Assembly: GCA_965222115.1 (NCBI GenBank)
Contig: CBDCTJ010000007.1
Location: 2,624,001-2,688,000 of the forward strand
Direction of reading: 5' to 3'
DNA from: Planctomycetota bacterium
Lineage (GTDB): Bacteria > Planctomycetota > PLA2 > JAEUHO01
DNA length: 64,000 bases
Shown: positions 59,779 to 64,000 of the stretch, piece by piece
How the letters are laid out: every line of letters begins with the position of its first letter
Position numbering within the stretch: the stretch's first letter is position 1
Translations under genes and position numbers: made by a program
Notes under the pieces: model-generated
What the model saw: the letters and a program-made list of their open reading frames with translations, nothing else
Database searches by the model: none
Told to the model about the DNA's origin: nothing

Positions 59779-60846
59779 ATGCCCCAAGTCCGCATCGCCA
59801 ACACCGGAGAAGCCGCGCAGCGCGTGTTGTTTGGTCCTATGGACAAACATCTGCGCCGGATTCGTGAGCATTTCGGCGTGCGCATAAGCGCTCGCAACGA
59901 AGTACTCACGCTTGAGGGCGACGATGTGGACGCGGTTGAAGATGTCGCGCGACGATTGAAGCGCGTGTTGGGTCGCATGAATGGGCGCACCGAGCCACCT
60001 GAGAACGAAGTCGAAGAGATTTTGCTTGGATCCGGAAAGCCATCGTCGAGTCGCAAGATTCGAACCTCAAACGGACCACGCACGGGCACAGGCCAAGCGC
60101 CTCACCGCATGTCGAAGACCACGGCGCGTGATCACGGCGGTTCGATTGCACCCAAACCAAAGACGCCGGGCCAAGAACGCTACATCGATGCCATCCGAGA
60201 GCACGACGTCGTGTTTGCCTTGGGGCCGGCGGGCACGGGCAAAACGTTTTTGGCAGTCGTAGAAGCCGTGCGTTGCCTACGAGACGGCACGGCCCGCAAG
60301 ATTATCCTCACGCGTCCCGCGGTGGAGGCAGGTGAGAAGCTAGGATTTTTGCCGGGTGATTTTCAAGCGAAGATCAATCCCTATTTACGACCGCTCTATG
60401 ATGCGCTGGGCGAGTTGCTAACGCACGCCGAAGTACAACGCTACTTCGAGGCCGACGTGATTGAAATTGTGCCGTTGGCCTATATGCGCGGTCGCACCTT
60501 GAAAGAGGCATTCATCATTCTTGACGAGGCGCAGAATACGACTCCCGCGCAGATGAAGATGTTTCTCACACGTATGGGCGAACGATCCAAAGTCGTCGTA
60601 AATGGCGACGCATCCCAGGTGGACTTGCCCGGTGGAACTACATCATCGGGGCTGAGTCAAAGCGTTCGCATTCTTGAGGATGTTCCCGGAATCGCCGTGG
60701 TTCGCTTCGCACCAACCGACATATTGCGTCATCCGTTGGTTCAACGCATTGTGGATGCCTATGACCGCGAAGACGATCGACGAGCAGCGAATGAGTCATC
60801 AAGCGACGCAGACGATGTGAGCGACGACGAATCGCAAGGCGCATGA
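59779..60846 (+). CDS. phoH: PhoH family ATPase
   Basis: [39 protein letters not shown]. Confidence 0.95.
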   Translation: MPQVRIANTGEAAQRVLFGPMDKHLRRIREHFGVRISARNEVLTLEGDDVDAVEDVARRLKRVLGRMNGRTEPPENEVEEILLGSGKPSSSRKIRTSNGPRTGTGQAPHRMSKTTARDHGGSIAPKPKTPGQERYIDAIREHDVVFALGPAGTGKTFLAVVEAVRCLRDGTARKIILTRPAVEAGEKLGFLPGDFQAKINPYLRPLYDALGELLTHAEVQRYFEADVIEIVPLAYMRGRTLKEAFIILDEAQNTTPAQMKMFLTRMGERSKVVVNGDASQVDLPGGTTSSGLSQSVRILEDVPGIAVVRFAPTDILRHPLVQRIVDAYDREDDRRAANESSSDADDVSDDESQGA

Positions 60847-61310
60847 GTGGCGGTTCCCCAACGGCTTCCGTATCGATTGTCGATTGCGTAGAGATTCCCG
60901 GAGGTAAGTCGGTTTTCGAGCGACGCATGCAAGCTGTGGCACACATGGCGGCTGCCTATGCCGGGTGTTCGTTGGAGCTCGTCTATGTGGTGCTTGGGGA
61001 CGACGAGATGCGCGCGCAGAACAAAGCTGCGCTCAACCATGACTATCCAACCGATGTGCTCTCCTTTGACATGGGTCACACACACGACATACGTCACGGC
61101 GAGATCCTTGTGTCGGCCGACACCGCCGTTCGTGAAGCAGCATCTCGCGCACACAGTGGGGCAGATGAGTTGTGCCTGTATGCAGTTCACGGCACACTCC
61201 ACTTCGTGGGGTACGACGATCACGATCCCGCCGATCGAAGACGAATGCGTGCTGCCGAGAGGCGATGGCTACGCCGATTGGGTTGCAATGCAATCTACGG
61301 ACGTCGGTAA
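60843..61310 (+). CDS. ybeY: rRNA maturation RNase YbeY
   Basis: [19 protein letters not shown]. Confidence 0.93.
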   Translation: MSGGSPTASVSIVDCVEIPGGKSVFERRMQAVAHMAAAYAGCSLELVYVVLGDDEMRAQNKAALNHDYPTDVLSFDMGHTHDIRHGEILVSADTAVREAASRAHSGADELCLYAVHGTLHFVGYDDHDPADRRRMRAAERRWLRRLGCNAIYGRR

Positions 61311-61395
61311 TCGCCCCCGCCCTACTCACGCCCCCCGCGAATGATTGCCCTTTACGCCTCTCTCTCCGAGGATAGGGCGTCCTTCGGAGATCGTC

Positions 61396-62589
61396 ATGTC
61401 GAGTCAGCAGCACCTTGTCGAACGCGTCTTAGAAATGGGCGTGGCCACCCGTGAGCAGGTGGATGAGGCCCTTGAAATTTGCAGTCGGCTCAGTGAAATG
61501 GGCATGAAGTCGCGCTCCGTGATCGACGTTCTTTTCGAAAAGGAATACATCGACAAGGAAGTTTTCGATCGGCTCCAGCGCGAAGCCAAGCGTGTGGAGG
61601 GCAAAGAGCAAATTGCCGGCTATCGCCTCCTCGATCGTCTCGGTGAGGGCGCGATGGGTGCCGTCTATCGTGCAAAGCAGCTTTCGCTGGATAGAGAAGT
61701 GGCTGTCAAGGTTCTCGACCCCGAACTGGCGAGCAATGACGAGTACGTCAAGCGTTTCATGAGCGAGGCGCGCGCCGTGGCCCGACTCAATCACACAAAC
61801 ATTATCAGCGGCATCGATGTGGGCGACGCAGACGGCATCAAATATCTCGTTATGGAGTATGCCGACGGAATGACGGTGAGTTCCCTGCTTGAACGCGGCG
61901 GTGCGCTCGATGAAGAGCGCGCGTTGTGGGTTGTGCTCCAAATGGCTCGTGCCTTAGATCACGCGCATCGCAACAACTTGGTTCACCGCGACGTCAAACC
62001 CGACAACATCATCATCACGAAAGATGGCGTCGCGAAGCTGTGTGACTTGGGTCTTGCCCGATTGGAAAGCGCGGAGGGTGAGGCGCCCCAACGTATGGGC
62101 ACCCCCGCCTACATTTCGCCCGAGCAGGCTCGCGGCGATGTAACCGTGGACGAACGTACCGATCTCTATAGCTTGGGCGCCACGTGGTTTCACATGGTAA
62201 CCGGTCGCCCGCCCTACACCGGCAACGACGCAGGTGCTGTACTCGCCAAACACCTCACGGAACCCGTGCCCCACGTGCGAACAATCGATCCCACGATTAG
62301 CGAGATGAGCGATGAACTGGTCTTTGGTCTGCTCCAAAAGCGCCGCGGCGACCGAACCGAGTCCGCCAGCGTTTTGATTCCGCAGTTGGAATCCGCCATT
62401 CGCGAATTGCAGTTGGCTCGTGGTGCCAGCCCCTCCAGTGCGATGGGCGTAGCAGCGAAAGCAAAACCAGCCGCCGGTTCCATCAAGGTTCCTGTGCGTC
62501 CCGCAGCCCCGGAACCGCGCTCCGCGGATGTTCCCAGTCGTCCAAGTGCTCCGATCGCTCCAAGACCAAGGCGTCGGCGAAGGCGTTAG
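61396..62589 (+). CDS. Serine/threonine protein kinase
   Basis: LGEGAMGAVY, VAVK, HRDVKPDN, CDLG, GTPAYISPEQ. Confidence 0.95.
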   Translation: MSSQQHLVERVLEMGVATREQVDEALEICSRLSEMGMKSRSVIDVLFEKEYIDKEVFDRLQREAKRVEGKEQIAGYRLLDRLGEGAMGAVYRAKQLSLDREVAVKVLDPELASNDEYVKRFMSEARAVARLNHTNIISGIDVGDADGIKYLVMEYADGMTVSSLLERGGALDEERALWVVLQMARALDHAHRNNLVHRDVKPDNIIITKDGVAKLCDLGLARLESAEGEAPQRMGTPAYISPEQARGDVTVDERTDLYSLGATWFHMVTGRPPYTGNDAGAVLAKHLTEPVPHVRTIDPTISEMSDELVFGLLQKRRGDRTESASVLIPQLESAIRELQLARGASPSSAMGVAAKAKPAAGSIKVPVRPAAPEPRSADVPSRPSAPIAPRPRRRRRR

Positions 62590-62653
62590 GGTTCGCCTCC
62601 TAGCGGACAGTTTTCTGCACGTGGTTCCCGACTCTGTTTTCAGCGCCCGTATG

Positions 62654-62758
62654 CCGTTACCCGTTACCCGAGACCCGATACCCGATACCCGATACCCGAT
62701 ACCCGGTCTCAAGTGTGAGCATCCGATGATCGATTCGAGGCACGTTTAAGACGTGGAC
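62654..62758 (+). repeat. Repeat module: heptamers + X + (GTGGAC)1
   Basis: CCCGTTA CCCGAGA (CCCGATA)4 CCCGGTCTCAAGTGTGAGCATCCGATGATCGATTCG...GTGGAC. Confidence 0.9.
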
Positions 62759-62760
62759 GA

Positions 62761-63135
62761 TCACGGTTCGTCGAATCGGCGCTGAAGTACGAACAACATG
62801 GCGGCGGATCGCTCCAAGCTGTTCATGACGAGTGAGATTGCGGCTTCGCTGGCGAGACCAAGCAATAGCGCGTGGTGTAGAGCGGCAATGGCCTCGGTGC
62901 ATTCGGCGTGTGCGATGTCGTAGGCCCTGCGCTTTTCGGCTGGCCGCCGTTTCGATAGGCCTTCAGCGACGTTTAGCGCAACGCTGGTACTTGCGCGCCT
63001 GAGTTGATCGGCGAGCTTTGCGTGGCCGCGAGGCCATGCGGCGCAGATTGCGACGCACTCGATCGCCGCGGCTTGCGAAGTACGGTAGACATCGAAGCGT
63101 TTGAGGTACTCGAGCGTAGAAGAGGCGCTTGTCAT
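62761..63135 (-). CDS. Four-helix bundle protein, subfamily A copy 4
   Basis: 124-aa close paralog of 9936-10310. Confidence 0.88.
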   Translation of the reverse strand: MTSASSTLEYLKRFDVYRTSQAAAIECVAICAAWPRGHAKLADQLRRASTSVALNVAEGLSKRRPAEKRRAYDIAHAECTEAIAALHHALLLGLASEAAISLVMNSLERSAAMLFVLQRRFDEP

Positions 63136-63291
63136 GATGGAACTCCAGATGAAGGGAACGCAAGCAGTTTGCTCGCGTGTGCCCTTCGCAAAAAAGCCGA
63201 AGGCGAAGGAGGGCACACGCGAGCGGGTCGTACAAAAAGAACCCGCGTGAAAACGACAACTCGTTCCCAAGCTGGAGTTCCATCACAAGCG
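63126..63291. ncRNA. Conserved structured leader A, copy 4
   Basis: CGCTTGTCATGATGGAACTCCAG / CTGGAGTTCCATCACAAGCG plus the inner 15-bp stem. Confidence 0.6.
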
Positions 63292-63342
63292 GCGCCCGCG
63301 CGTACCGTTTGCGCTGGAGCTACCGGCGGTGCTGTCCAAAGT

Positions 63343-63671
63343 CCCGTCACCCGTTACCCGTCACCCGTTACCCGTCACCCGTTCCCCGTGACCCGTACTC
63401 AAGGGCGGGCATCCGATGAACGATTTGCGCCGTCTTAACGTGGACGTGGACGTGGACGTGGACGTGGACGTGGACGTGGACGTGGACGTGGACGTGGACG
63501 TGGACGTGGACGTGGACGTGGACGTGGACGTGGACGTGGACGTGGACGTGGACGTGGACGTGGACGTGGACGTGGACGTGGACGTGGACGTGGACGTGCG
63601 ATCTGCAATACCCGTTACCCGAACCCCGTCACCCGCTACCCGGGCTCAAGTGTGAGGCTCCGATGATCGAT
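63343..63671 (+). repeat. Repeat module: heptamers + X + (GTGGAC)26, then a second heptamer + X block
   Basis: 26 units at 63440-63595. Second block 63611-63671. Confidence 0.93.
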
Positions 63672-63675
63672 GCGC

Positions 63676-64000
63676 CTACTTATCCTCTTCTTGCGCAGGT
63701 ATCACGTACGCCCCCTGATGAACATCTGACGTGGTCATGGCGACGGTCTTTACAATCAGCCCTTCCCAGCCTTCGGCAGTGGAAAGCGTGATTTTGGCGC
63801 CGACTTTGCCGTCCTTTATGACGCCGCTTACGCGTGCAATGGCCCAGTCGTTCATGCGCTTGTGGTTCTCGCGAATGGTGGGGAAGGCCTCGGGGTCAAG
63901 CACGTTGGCGACACGCTTGGGTTTGTAGGCATTGGCGGTGCGAGGAAATTCGACGGAGATCTGCACGGGGGTGTCGTCAGGAAGGTCTGCCTTCGCGAGA
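63676..64000 (-). CDS. Hypothetical protein, C-terminal part (truncated by window end)
   Basis: Reading frame stays open to the window edge and ends at TAG 63676. Confidence 0.5.
   Translation of the reverse strand, partial: LAKADLPDDTPVQISVEFPRTANAYKPKRVANVLDPEAFPTIRENHKRMNDWAIARVSGVIKDGKVGAKITLSTAEGWEGLIVKTVAMTTSDVHQGAYVIPAQEEDK

Noticed and set aside
9755-63671. CRISPR array interpretation of the repeats
   Set aside because: Units are 6-7 nt tandem repeats with no unique spacers of regular length, and no cas genes are present.
1-64000. tRNA or rRNA genes
   Set aside because: No cloverleaf or rRNA-conserved sequence was recognised by eye. tRNAscan-SE/barrnap were not run.

Overview
GC-rich bacterial chromosomal segment. 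The gene content (secreted beta-sandwich proteins, an FHA protein, a Ser/Thr kinase) is suggestive of Planctomycetota, but that is inference. The backbone is housekeeping: hisS, hutH, dut, an IscS-like/IscA pair, trxB, an 11-subunit nuo operon lacking nuoEFG, ilvE, an isocitrate/isopropylmalate dehydrogenase, larB, carA, purA, cdsA, phoH and ybeY. It also holds a 5'-truncated giant SdrD-B-like repeat protein and a complete group II intron (6968-8986; EBS1-IBS1 pairing is visible). The outstanding feature is a dispersed element family at eight intergenic loci. Modular blocks (heptamer CCCGTTA-like run, 45-bp block X, (GTGGAC)n with n=0-33, hairpin block Y) all point the same way. At six loci they flank, as direct repeats, a small four-helix-bundle gene (TIGR02436/23S-IVS/Avd-like; four copies of subfamily A on the minus strand, two of subfamily B on the plus strand). 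Each gene is preceded by a conserved 150-170 nt fold-back whose outer stem pairs with the gene's own start region and shows compensatory changes. No transposase or recombinase is encoded in the elements. Other oddities are an IscS paralog with Arg in place of the PLP lysine, a one-base frameshift in nuoI, and a ferritin-like repeat protein coupled to nuoN. All calls are by motif recognition; no database search was run.
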